Assembly (NCBI GenBank): GCA_964016885.1
Contig: OZ024750.1
Span: 14,818,001-14,882,000 of the forward strand
Origin: Eledone cirrhosa
Taxonomy: Eukaryota
Length of the DNA: 64,000 bases
Direction: 5' to 3'
Shown: positions 40,638-54,438 of the stretch, piece after piece
Numbering within the stretch: position 1 is the stretch's first letter
Layout of the letters: every line of letters starts with the position of its first letter
Position numbers and translations under genes: made by a program
The notes under the pieces: model-generated
Told to the model about the DNA's origin: nothing
Database searches by the model: none
Seen by the model: only the letters and a program-made list of their open reading frames with translations

Positions 40638-41740
40638 CTATATATATACTGTACACATAGTGTATATAAAATGTACATAATGTATATATAATGTAGGTAG
40701 TATATATATACTGTACATAGTGTATATATAATATAAGTAGTGTATATATACTGTACACAGTGTATATATAATATAAGTAGTGTATATATACTGTACATAG
40801 TGTATATATAATATAAGTAGTGTATATATACTGTACATAGTGTATATATAATATAAGTAGTGTATATATACTGTACATAGTGTATATATAATATAAGTAG
40901 TGTATATATACTGTACACAGTGTATATATAATATAAGTAGTGTATATATACTGTACATAGTGTATATATAATATAAGTAGTGTATATATACTGTACACAG
41001 TGTATATATAATATAAGTAGTGTATATATACTGTACATAGTGTATATATAATATAAGTAGTGTATATATACTGTACATAGTGTATATATAATATAAGTAG
41101 TGTATATATACTGTACACAGTGTATATATAATATAAGTAGTGTATATATACTGTACACAGTGTATATATAATATAAGTAGTGTATATATACTGTACATAG
41201 TGTATATATAATATAAGTAGTGTATATATACTGTACATAGTGTATATATAATATAAGTAGTGTATATATACTGTACACAGTGTATATACAGTATAATATA
41301 AGTAGTGTATATATACTGTACACAGTGTATATATAATATAAGTAGTGTATATATACTGTACATAGTGTATATATAATATAAGTAGTGTATATATACTGTA
41401 CATAGTGTATATATATAATATAAGTAGTGTATATATACTGTACATAGTGTATATATAATATAAGTAGTGTATATATACTGTACACAGTGTATATATAATA
41501 TAAGTAGTGTATATATACTGTACATAGTGTATATATAATATAAGTAGTGTATATATACTGTACACAGTGTATATATAATATAAGTAGTGTATATATACTG
41601 TACATAGTGTATATATAATATAAGTAGTGTATATATACTGTACACAGTGTATATACAGTATAATATAAGTAGTGTATATATACTGTACATAGTGTATATA
41701 TAATATAAGTAGTGTATATATAATATAAGTAGTGTGTATA
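40638..41740. repeat. 40-bp (2 x 20) AT-rich minisatellite
   Basis: TGTATATATAATATAAGTAG-TGTATATATACTGTACAYAG, about 27 copies. Confidence 0.95.
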
Positions 41741-41942
41741 TAATTGTTTCTACTATTGGCACAAGGCCAGAAAATTACCCAGTACATTACTGGTACTTTA
41801 TTTTATCGACCCCGTAAGGATGAAAGGCAAAGTTAACCTCGGCGGGATTTGAACTCAGAATGGCAAGGGCCGTAACTCTATGCGTCAAAGCATGGCGTCC
41901 GAACCTCTACCGAACCTCTACCGATACTGCCAATCCACCGCC
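41741..41942 (-). mobile_element. SINE family A copy
   Basis: Full-length reverse copy at the end of the 40-bp satellite. Confidence 0.85.
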
Positions 41943-42232
41943 ATGTAGTGTGTATATAATATATATATAGTGCATATATCAGTTGCGACATCACTGGTAC
42001 CAAGCTGTATTAGCCTTAGCCTTTCCCTTGGACATCATCAGTGGCGTGGAGAGGGAGACTGGTATACATGGACGACTGCTGGTCTTGCTCAATCAACCTT
42101 GCCGGGGCTTGTGCCTCGGGGGGAAACTTTCTAGGTGCAAAACCATGGTCATTCGTGACCGAGTGGGGCCTCCCCTTGTCAAAATGGGTAAAGCTTTCAT
42201 TGTGCACAATTTTTCCTATTTTGCCTTATTTC

Positions 42233-43552
42233 TCCCCGTTTTGGGTCACTTTTTGTCATGGTACTCCCCGTTTTGGGTCACTTTTTGTCATGGTACTCCT
42301 CGTTTTGGGTCACTTTTTGTCATGGTACTCTCCGTTTTGGGTCACTTTTTGTCATGGTACTCTCCGTTTTGGGTCACTTTTTGTCATGGTACTCCTCGTT
42401 TTGGGTCACTTTTTGTCATGGTACTCTCCGTTTTGGGTCACTTTTTGTCATGGTACTCCCCGTTTTGGGTCACTTTTTGTCATGGTACTCCTCGTTTTGG
42501 GTCACTTTTTGTCATGGTACTCCTCGTTTTGGGTCACTTTTTGTCATGGTACTCCCCGTTTTGGGTCACTTTTTGTCATGGTACTCTCCGTTTTGGGTCA
42601 CTTTTTGTCATGGTACTCCCCGTTTTGGGTCACTTTTTGTCATGGTACTCCCCGTTTTGGGTCACTTTTTGTCATGGTACTCTCCGTTTTGGGTCACTTT
42701 TTGTCATGGTACTCCCCGTTTTGGGTCACTTTTTGTCATGGTACTCCCCGTTTTGGGTCACTTTTTGTCATGGTACTCTCCGTTTTGGGTCACTTTTTGT
42801 CATGGTACTCCCCGTTTTGGGTCACTTTTTGTCATGGTACTCCCCGTTTTGGGTCACTTTTTGTCATGGTACTCTCCGTTTTGGGTCACTTTTTGTCATG
42901 GTACTCCCCGTTTTGGGTCACTTTTTGTCATGGTACTCCCCGTTTTGGGTCACTTTTTGTCATGGTACTCCCCGTTTTGGGTCACTTTTTGTCATGGAAC
43001 TCTCCGTTTTGGGTCACTTTTTGTCATGGAACTCTCCGTTTTGGGTCCCTTTTTGTCATGGAACTCTCCGTTTTGGGTCACTTTTTGTCATGGTACTCTC
43101 CGTTTTGGGTCACTTTTTGTCATGGTACTCTCCGTTTTGGGTCACTTTTTGTCATGGTACTCCCCGTTTTGGGTCACTTTTTGTCATGGTACTCCCCGTT
43201 TTGGGTCACTTTTTGTCATGGTACTCTCCGTTTTGGGTCACTTTTTGTCATGGTACTCTCCGTTTTGGGTCACTTTTTGTCATGGTACTCCCCGTTTTGG
43301 GTCACTTTTTGTCATGGTACTCCCCGTTTTGGGTCACTTTTTGTCATGGTACTCCCCGTTTTGGGTCACTCTTTGTCATGGTACTCCCCGTTTTGGGTCA
43401 CTTTTTGTCATGGTACTCCCCGTTTTGGGTCACTTTTTGTCATGGTACTCCCCGTTTTGGGTCACTTTTTGTCATGGTACTCCCCGTTTTGGGTCACTTT
43501 TTGTCATGGTACTCCCCGTTTTGGGTCACTTTTTGTCATGGTACTCCCCGTT
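42233..43552. repeat. 32-bp minisatellite, about 41 copies, expanded inside a MITE
   Basis: TTGGGTCACTTTTTGTCATGGTACTCCCCGTT. Confidence 0.96.
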
Positions 43553-43737
43553 TAGGTTTTTAGAGGTTGGCAGGTCTGACTCACTTCCATCTGCCTAGGT
43601 AAAAAAAAAAAAAAAATGATTAACATATTATCACTATGATATAATCTCATTTTTCTTTGTTGTTTTTCTTTGTAAATTCTAAATAGAATCACACCTGTCT
43701 ACCAGTCAAGTTGTCAATCGAATTTACCTGTCTGTTC

Positions 43738-43791
<54 letters not shown>

Positions 43792-43809
43792 ATTGTAATA
43801 TATATATAT

Positions 43810-43843
<34 letters not shown>

Positions 43844-43907
43844 AACGAAGGAAATGTGGTAAGGAAGTAGACGCACCAAAGTACTCTTAGGGTAGTAGAG
43901 TGGGTAA

Positions 43908-44073
43908 TAGGAACGAGTAGGACCCCGACGGCTGAGCTCAAGCCGTTTCGACGGCTAATTCTGGACTAAATGAAAAAAAAAAAAAATTTTTTTTTAAATT
44001 TAAAAAAATTTTCATTTAGTCCAGAATTAGCCGTCGAAACGGCTTGAGTTCAGCCGTCGGGGTCCTACTCGTT

Positions 44074-44077
<4 letters not shown>
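43908..44077. repeat. Fold-back inverted repeat
   Basis: TAGGAACGAG...GGACTAAATGAAAA is mirrored across an A/T spacer and followed by (TA)n. Confidence 0.9.
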
Positions 44078-44133
<56 letters not shown>

Positions 44134-44217
44134 AAAGGTAAACAGAAATAAAAACACAATCGGTAGAGTATATGGAAGGGATATATTAGGTTAACGCTTG
44201 ATATAGCAGGAAGAGGG

Positions 44218-44255
44218 TCTTAACGTTTCGGACGCTAGTCCTCCATCAGAAGAAA
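44218..44255 (-). ncRNA. Minimal type I hammerhead-ribozyme-like motif (Penelope-type)
   Basis: Minus strand TCTT-CTGATGGA-GGAC-TAGC-GTCC-GAAAC-GT-TA-AGA. One core deviation, perfect stem II, palindromic stem III. Confidence 0.6.
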
Positions 44256-45899
44256 GAATGAGAAATAAGATAGATTGACGGACGGGCGGGATGGAATTGG
44301 AAAAACTGTCTTTAGATAAAAATAACAGGTCCATTCATGTTGACATCTCTTGCAAATATATATGATATATATATATATATGCATATATTATATATATATA
44401 TTACATATATATATAACATTTATATTATCATATATATATTATATATATATTTTATGTATAGGAGTCGATCGACTTTCGTCAAATCGGACCGAGGGAACAA
44501 TGTTTCCGTTGGTCCTTCCAATTGCTAATACTATCTATCGGTCGCAACTCCAGGTAGACGGAGCAACGTGAAATAAAGTGTCTTGCCCAAGGACATAACG
44601 CATCGCCTGGTCCAGGAATCGAACTCACAACCTTATGATTGCGAATCCAATTCTCTAACCACTCAGCCACACGCCTTCACATACACACACAAATCTCTAC
44701 CACATCTTTCTCTCTATGTATATAATATATATAATATATATAATATATATAATATATATGTATATATATAGAGAGAAAGATGTGGTAGAGATTTGTGTGT
44801 GTATGCATGTGTATAGGGAAATAGAAATGGGATATGTGACTCTAATGCTTTTTTTAAGAACACTTACATGAATTAAACTCAAAGAGTAAAACATTTAGTT
44901 AGGCGTTTATATATTTGACTAAGCAGAAGTCCCATAATATCTGCCTCCGTTATAGCAAATATCTGAATGGTGTGATGTTTGGTTTTCTTCATTAGTGTCA
45001 TTCATAACGGCAATAATTGTTTCTACTTTTGGCACACGGCCAGCAATTACCCCAGTGCATTACTGGTGCTTTATTTTATCGACCCCGTAAGGACGAAAGG
45101 CAAAGTTAACCTCGTCGGAATTTGAACTCACAACGTAAAGGGCCATAACTCTATGCTGCAAAGCATGGTGTCTGACGCTCTACCTAGGGCGCAGCGGTGT
45201 TGGGCAAAAGCTTTCTCGCGGATAATGGTTAGCAACACCCGCTGCGACAGCCACGCCACCTCGTGCGGCTCCTTTCATTATTTATTTTTGAAATGTCTTG
45301 TCCTACATTTGACAAATTGAATAAGACAATGACTATTATTTATATAAGGCAAGGGCGGTGGATTGGCAGTATCATTAGAGCATCGGACAACATGCTTTGT
45401 GGCATAGAGTTACGGCCCTTTACGTTCTGCATGAATTCCACCGGGGTTAAACTTTGCCTTTCATTCTTTCGTGGTCGATAAAATAAAGTACTGGAGTCGA
45501 TACAATCGACTAACCTTCTCCTCCACACACACAAATTACTGGCTTTGTACCAAATTTAAAAATAATTATTGATATTCCTTCGACATCTCATACGTAGTTA
45601 CTATCAATTTTCCTTCCATGTTTTCTTCTTTGCCTCATATTTCCCCCAGGATCCTTCTTAAGAATTCTACATAGATTTTTTACACGATTTTCTCTTTCAC
45701 CATTATCAAACTTAACTTGACCTCGTTACCTTGGTATGTTTTATTCAATTCTAAAACTTTTCACACCTTAATTCACACGATGATTCACCTTGTACAATAT
45801 TTCAGTGTGTTGGTTGATACTATTGATATTCATTCAAAGTTAAATTCTGGAGATATTTGTAATACCATTGATCAAGAAAGCCTTTCACATTTTCTGTAA

Positions 45900-46093
45900 A
45901 TAATTGTTTCTACTTTAGGCACAAGGCCAGCAACTATCCCCAGTGCATTACTGGTCATTTATTTTATCGACCCCGTAAGGATGAAAGGCAAAGTTAACCT
46001 CGGCGGGATTTGAACTCAGATCATAAAGGGCCGTAACTCTATGCTGCAAAGCATGGCGTCCGACCTTCTACCGATACTGCCAATCCACCGCCC
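45900..46093 (-). mobile_element. SINE family A copy
   Basis: Full-length reverse copy. Confidence 0.85.
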
Positions 46094-46356
46094 CAATGTT
46101 TTTGTATTAGCTTTGGAACAAAATTTTGGATGGAATGTGAAGTGGAACATTAGTAAAGTAAGATTCCCAAACAAAATGTAAACAAAATCAAGGGCGGTGC
46201 CCCAGCATGGCCTCAACCGGATGGCTGAAACAGGTAAAAGAGTAAAATAATCTGGAATCGGTGTTTATTTCAACCCAGAGCATAAAGGAACGTAATGCAA
46301 TTCTATAAATCAAATCGATCGCCGTTCTATTCAACAGTGATTACCGCAAATTTATC

Positions 46357-46547
46357 ATACCTGCCAATCTCTAAAAACCCAAACGGGGAGTACCATGAAA
46401 AAGAGTGCCCCCCAAACGAGGAGAAATGAGGCAAAATGGGGAAATTTTACATAATGAAAGCTATACCCATTTTGACAAGAGAAGATATCTCTCACCCACC
46501 CCAAAGTGGGTAGATCTCCCCGTAAGACAAAGGAAGTTGATAAGTTT
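46357..46547. mobile_element. MITE with CA(G/T)ACCTG(C/T)CAAC-type termini (empty copy of the family)
   Basis: Same element as 18375-18732, 39582-40185 and about 42150-43578. Its ends are imperfect inverted repeats (CATACCTGCCAA ... GTTGATAAGTTTG). Confidence 0.7.
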
Positions 46548-48211
46548 GAATTTATAGAAGAGGAGTGAAGTCAATTGAATGAATTTCCAGTATATAAGTA
46601 TTTATTTTATCGACTTCAGCTGGATTAAGAGCCAAGTTTACTATGAGTTCAAATCCCACAGAGGTTAACTTTGCCTTTCATGCTTACATATATTTTCTAT
46701 TAGATGCAATAATAAAGTTGTATACTTAACAAGTGGTAAGGGTGTTGGACTTACGATCATAATGTCGTGGGTTCGATTCCTGAGTTGCGTGTTGTGCTCT
46801 TGAGCAAAACACTTCATTTCACGTTGCTCCAGTATACTCAGCTGAAAATGAGTATCAGCAATTGCTGGGGGTTTAACCCTGCGATGGTGGGGTGGGTGTG
46901 TGGGTGTGTGAAGGAGTCTTGTACTCTCAGTCGCTTCACGCCATGAAACCAGGATAAGCACCAGCCTAACGAACTTTAAATGGCTTAAGACAGACTTTAG
47001 ACTTTTTAGATATTTAACAAGAAGTTGGGAAATTTATGGGAAATTTCCTATGTGAATCAGTGACTTAAATAAAACAATTCAACATGGAATTGAAACAAGG
47101 ACGTGACTCGGTGTTATTTTGTTTTAAAGAACGATGGAACATTTGGATGATTATATTCCATTCTAAAGCCATTAATGTAAGTGAATTGGCGTCCACTGAA
47201 AATCGGAATTGTATTGAAGACATGGCCGACAGCGTTTCTTTCTTGCTTTATGCTATTCATCTTAGTAGTTTATCGTTTCTTTCTAAATACAGATTAAATC
47301 AGATCTAATCACACTATAATTCAGAGACTATAATTCAGAGACGCCATCTTCACTGAGAACGATATGTGAGCTTGTTTTATTTAAAGTATGGAGGACTGGA
47401 AAGCCAACTATAAAGATGCTATGAAATCCCTCAAAACAAACAAAAAATAAAACAAAACAAAACAAAACAAACAAGACCAAAACGATATTAGTTAACGAGT
47501 AAATTAGTTTTCGGGCAAATATTGTAGACAACTGTGGACATGTTTCGGTTACACTGTATTTGCAATTTAAGATCACTTGACCCTTGAATACCACCCCATA
47601 GCAAAATTTCAGTTGATTTGTGCGTAGAAAGCCAGATTTGGAAGTATTTGAAAGCAGTGTGTTAACTCTCAAAAATCTACCATGCGTCCTGGAGGTCGAA
47701 GGTTGTTTAGTATTTTTTTTTCATATTTTTGGTTGTCAAAATTAGGGTGCGTCCTCGAGGACGAAGCGTCTACGGCGCCGGGAAATACGGTCATTTGCAG
47801 TATTGTGGTTCTTTCCGTTTTTAGTTCAAATCCCATAGGTGTCAAGTTTGTCGATAAATATATTACTAGTTTAGGGCAATGAGCTGCCGGAGCTATCACT
47901 TTATTTGTTCCGGCTCTTTGCGTCCCGAGTTCAAATTCCGCAATGTTATGGTCCACTTGCGTGGTAGACTTAATTTATCACCAGGTTTAATACCACCACG
48001 CAATCAGTGGATGATTTTAGTGGACTTGAATCTGTTGCAAGAACTCGGACCAAGTCTCCAGTTATGGGCGATGTCCTTATACCTGACTAAGCGATAAAAT
48101 GTTCTCATCCTTGAAATTTTAGTACATGTCTATTATATATTATAATTATTTCTTTCCATTTTAACATTTTCTGTAAACTATATACCTTTGCTCTTATTTT
48201 ACAGAATAAAT

Positions 48212-48675
48212 ATGTCTTGGAAATTCTTCTGGCTACTGATTCTTAGTTTCTTAGGTAAGTGAATACTCCTAAAACCATTAATTTACGTATCTATCTATCT
48301 ATTCCATTCTTTAAGTATCACTTTAGAAGGAGAATCAGGGTGGAGAGAGAGGCACTGCACCCCAGTAAATTTACTGAAAGGTGGGTGAATGAAGCGAAAA
48401 TGGCCCGAGTGATTGGGCCTTCTCTGTTTATAAGCCTGTAGGTTGAGGAAGAGAGCAAAAGGAAGAAAGGAGCACTTGCACAACACGCTCCTTGAGTTGA
48501 GGGTTGTTCTATCGACGGGGTATTAAACAACCCATTTGTGGCGCCTCCCCCCTATTGGGGATTTCGATTGTTGAAATTGTTTGTTTTTATATTTTTTACA
48601 CGACTGTATGTAAAATCCCCGGCATGTCTTTGTATTGTCCCCCTTTCTTGTTGCGCCCTTGTGGCTAATAAAGAA

Positions 48676-48756
<81 letters not shown>

Positions 48757-51700
48757 CCTTTATTTCTTTGCTTATCATAATATAATAAAGGGAGGAGTGT
48801 AAAATAAGTTGGATTACTTTAAGTGAATAATGAATGAATATTACATAATTTATGTACTAAATTTCGTAGCTGTTGATTAAACATAAATATTCTTATATAT
48901 AATGATTGCTTATTTTAAGATTCACTTCTTTTAAAATTTTCAGATGTCAAAACTTCCGGTTATGATATAACGTACGCTATATCATATCGCTTATATAAAC
49001 GTTCATATATTTGCATCGTTATATCATGACGTTTATATTTCCGTCGCTAATTTTCTCCTTTTTCGTTTTCATTACATTTCACCATAATAGTTTATATATA
49101 ATATCGTCTTTTTTAAATGTATCATGGATTACTTTACTGATTACAGAAGAGAGTGTAACACAGTCTCTCTTCAATTTCTATGCATATTGTCAATTACGAT
49201 TTTGTTTGATGTATCATATCTACATGCTTATATATTTGCATATAATATCAATATGTTCACTACACATGCTAGCAGAAAACCATCCAAAGGATGGTTTTCT
49301 GCTAGTCTATATAAGTGTCTATCCCTCTATCTATCTGAAAATTGCAGGTAAAATATTATTGCATTGCTGTGACATGTTGTACACTTAGTTCTATGTTTCT
49401 GTTTCAGTTACTAAATCATTTTGTGCAATTAAAGAAAACAGGGCGCCTATATGGAGAAATTATCTTAAAAAAGAGTTAAAGACGGAAGGATTATTTGAAA
49501 ATGTTCCAATAGGTATTTCAATTAAAATTATTAAATAGAAATTTTGTTGTTTATTTGTAAAACATTTTGCAATAGTATATTTAATTTTAGTATAATTGCC
49601 ATTGATTTGTGATTGTTTACTTCAAAGTTTCACCGGTATTAACGGTTTCTAGTGAGATGAATCTATCCATATATCTATCTATCTATCCATATATATATAT
49701 ATAATATAATATAATATAATATAAAACAATCAAATTTTTGTTTAATGCATTTAATTTCTGACGATCGTTTCTTCCAGACAACTGTCTGGAATCATTGGAG
49801 CATACACAGTCATTCCAGATGGTTGTCTGGAAGAAACGATCGTCAGCATTAAACAAAAATTAGATTGTTTTGTATTTTGTATTTCTGCTCTGTAATACAT
49901 CTATTAATTTGCATTGAACTAATTTTCTTACTGGTAATTGGGTAATACAAAACTTAGCCTTTCTTATTTATAATTGTAGATAGATTATATATATAAGTAT
50001 AAATGCTACTATTATTATTATTACTATTATTACACACACACGCACGCACACACACACGCACGCACACACACGCACACACACGCACCCCTCCACACACATT
50101 ATATATATATATATATATATTTATATTTTACTATAGGTACAATTCTAGGAACACTAGATGCTTATGATCCAGATGGCGAAAAAGTTTATTATAAATGTAT
50201 CGGGGAGTCTTTGGCCTGTTTTGAGAACGGTACTACATATTTGACACGAGAACTGGACCGAGAGGTTAGTATTAACCTAAGTAATTTTTTGTTATTTGAA
50301 TTCGATTGAGTACACATACGATTGATTCAAGTTATAACTGAACTGTGAGTTGAAATTTGTAAGTTGGTCTTGATGATGATCGTAGTGCGGAATTCCGTCA
50401 TAGTTGAGTGACATGATTCCATTTTCCACTTGCACTTAATAATGGTTTCTATTTTTGGCACAGGGTCAGCAATTACCCCAGTGTATTACTGGCGCTTTAT
50501 TTTACCGACCCCCGTAAGGATGGAAAGACAAAGTTAACCTCGGCGGGATTTGAACTCAAACTGTAAAGGGCCGTAACTCTATGTTGCAAAGCATGGCATC
50601 TGACGCTGTACCGATACTGCCAACTAATAATGGTTTCTTATATTGGAACAAGGCCAGCAATTTAGGGGGAAGGGAAAGTTGATTACATCGATCTCAATAC
50701 GTTACTGGTACTTTATTTTATCGACCCCGTAAGGATGAAAGGCAAAGTTAACCTCGGCGGGATTTGAAATCAGACCGTAAAGGGCCGTACCTCTATGCTG
50801 AAACCATCTACCGATACTGCCAATCCACTACCCTTCTAATAATTGTTTCTACTTTAGGCACAAGGCCAGCAATTACCCAGTGCATTACTGGTACTTTATT
50901 TTATCGACCCCGTAAGGATGAAAGGCAAAGTTAACCTCGGCGGGATTTGAAATCAGACCGTAAAGGGCCGTACCTCTATGCTGAAACCATCTACCGATAC
51001 TGCCAATCCACTACCCTTCTAATAATTGTTTCTACTTTAGGCACAAGGCCAGCAATTACCCAGTGCATTACTGGTACTTTATTTTATCGACCCCGTAAGG
51101 ATGAAAGGCAAAGTTAACCTCGGCGGGATTTGAAATCAGACCGTAAAGGGCCGTACCTCTATGCTGAAACCATCTACCGATACTGCCAATCCACTACCCT
51201 TCTAATAATTGTTTCTACTTTAGGCACAAGGCCAGCAATTACCCAGTGCATTACTGGTACTTTATTTTATCGACCCCGTAAGGATGAAAGGCAAAGTCAA
51301 CCTCGGCGGGATTTGAACTCAATGGTTTCTGATTTGGCGCTGGCCAACAATTTTTTTTTTTGTATATATATTTAATTAATTTCAAGTGATACACAATTTA
51401 TTTTTTCTCTTGGCAGCTTGATATCAAGAACCCCGATCAAAGCAAAAGACTCTTGGAAATAACATTCATTGCGATTGAAATACGAAAGGATAATCAGGAG
51501 CCTAGTGAGGTTAGTACAAAGTATCTTTGCTTGGCAACAGGTCATCTCGTGTATGAACACAAACAACGTTTCATTGGATTTTCCTTATTTCACATAGAAT
51601 GGCATTAGTACACGAAGCACCAGAGGTTTATATTCCGTTTAAAAAATTTGCTCTATTGTGTTTATGTCCAGCGCACTTTTTCAGCTTTAGTCTGTTTAGC

Positions 51701-52606
51701 TACAAATATTGACTATGTATTTCACGCTACAAAAGCCTCTGTAGCGGAAATCAACCATAATAGTGCGTACATGTATCTACATCTATATTTATTTTCTATG
51801 TTTCTTTTTATTAAAATATATAGGGAAAACCTTGTTATTATGACACATGTAACTCAGTGATTTCTAAAGTATCAGTGCTACAATTCCAATAAATATCTTA
51901 ATAAAATAGATTTCATAATATATGTAGAAATAAACACAGTTTATTATCCTGTAAGATAAAAAGTACTTTTTATCTTGTATTTTCCGTTTGTTTCATAGTT
52001 TAAATTCGTCAAACCAATGTGGTCTTTCAACCCTTGTAATTTTTTTACACTAAATTTACTGTGTTTATTTTTACATATATTATAAAATGCTCAGTATTTA
52101 TACTTTGAGCTTGTTAATTACAGGGTATTAATATGAGTATCTAACTCTACCTTTTATTTGAATATTTAAAATAGATTTCTATATTTTCAAAAATATATTT
52201 AGTATGAATAACATGTCAGGGAAGTGGCAGGGTCATGAGCACATCAGACAGAATGCTTTACGAGATTTGTTTCGACTCACTGCGTTCTGAGTTGAAATCC
52301 TGCTGAGGTCTTCTTTGCTTTTCCTCCATTCAACAAATAAAGGTCAACAAATAAAGGACCTGTCTAGTACTAGGGTAGAATCTTCCTTTATATATCTTTC
52401 TCATTTCCTATCTATCACTCTCCCTCTCTCTTTCTCTGGAAGAAATCTGCTGTATTCAGACCTGGAGAGGAGATGGGCTCCGCCAGTATATAAAGTACTT
52501 CAGTATATAAAGTACTTCAGTATATAAAGTACTTCAGTATATAAAGTACTTCAGACACACAGTATGTCTCGATAACGCGCCCTTACTATTGGCCCACCCT
52601 ATTTAT

Positions 52607-52682
<76 letters not shown>

Positions 52683-53228
52683 GAATAATCGAGTATCGAA
52701 AAATCGGCGCACGAGTTCACGATAAACAAAATTCGACATGAGTGGCAGAGGGCTCAATAATTCAGATAAATCAGAGCTATAACTATCGTTAAAATACCAA
52801 CACACATAGATTATGTCTAAAATCAACCATACGACCGAAAAATTACAATCAGGAAGATTCGGGTCACTCAGATAAAATAACAATAAATCAATAAATCATA
52901 TGAATGTAAAAAGCTTACCCGGACCCACTAGAAAGATGATAAATCTAGCTTCTTGGGTTTCTGTAAATCCTTAAATCGCCCACTATCAGCCCACATAAAA
53001 ATATATAAGACTTCTAGAGAGCGGCGGACAGGAAATACTTTATCAACGAGCTTTGTCCAAACGAATAAAAAAGCCAACCCTAGCTGAAAACGCACATGGA
53101 ATCCAGCAAGGGAGATAACCTCTATATCCGCGAAAAACATTCGGGAATGTGGAAAATCACATATCGAATAAGAGTGCTCAATAGACATGTTAAAATAAAC
53201 AGGAGCTATTCATCATTTAATAGAATCG

Positions 53229-53263
<35 letters not shown>

Positions 53264-53416
53264 CGAAGGAAATGTGGTAAGGAACCAGATGGACCATAAC
53301 GCGCCAGAGTACTCAATACTTAGGGTAGTAGAGTGGGAAATAGGAAAAAGTATGACCCTGACGGCAAAGCTGAAGCCGTTTCGACGGCTATTTCTGCCGT
53401 CGGGGTCATACTTTTT

Positions 53417-53491
<75 letters not shown>

Positions 53492-53798
53492 GGTAATTAC
53501 GAAGAAAAAGCAAAGGAAAAAGAGTGCTCTATGTATATAACAGAGCTATTTAATTAGAAATATTAATATACAATATTAATATACGTCTGTCTGGATCGTT
53601 CATCAGACAGAGATGTTATATATAACATCGCTGTCCGATGAACGATCCAGACGTATATTATTATCGTCTGTGATCCTGAAACCTTTCGTAATGGAGTAGT
53701 TATATTTTGTGTTGTTCACTTTCTAATTATATATATACCGGTTTCGCAGTTCATCTGCTTTTCAAAGGTAGAGTTGAGATGGAGGGTCTGTGGTTTTT

Positions 53799-53871
<73 letters not shown>

Positions 53872-54005
53872 ACACACACATATATATATATAAGTTGAAA
53901 AAAATGAAAACAAAATTTCATTTCTCACTCTTAGTATGGCACTTACTTAAATGTAAGTATGTATGTATACGTACATACATATATGTATACAGACGTACAG
54001 TAGCA

Positions 54006-54069
<64 letters not shown>

Positions 54070-54390
54070 TACATACAGGTACACATACATATATGCACGC
54101 ATCAGTTTAGCGGACGCTTATTATAACGCCGCTTTGTTCATTTGTCAACAAACTGAACAGCCTGAATTTATGCCATACGGTGTTAAGGCAACCACGTCAC
54201 CTTTTTGTTCAACAATGACACAGGAACGATGTGTCAGTGTTGAACAAAAAGGTGACGTGGTTGCCTTAACACCGTATGGCATAAATTCAGGCTGTTCAGT
54301 TTGTTGACAAATGAACAAAGCGGCGTTATAATAAGCGTCCGCTAAACTGATGCGTGCAAATATGTATGTGTACCTGTATGTATATATGTA

Positions 54391-54438
<48 letters not shown>

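Noticed and set aside
40562-41787. Three 347-398 aa Tyr/Ile-rich ORFs
   Set aside because: Translation of a 40-bp AT-rich satellite.
41983-43598. Three long ORFs (446-526 aa)
   Set aside because: They are translations of a stop-free 32-bp minisatellite derived from a MITE, with no domain content.
48944-48971. Possible extra cadherin exon after TTTTCAG
   Set aside because: The donors are weak, and exons 48212-48254 and 49408-49512 already join in frame to give a good signal peptide.
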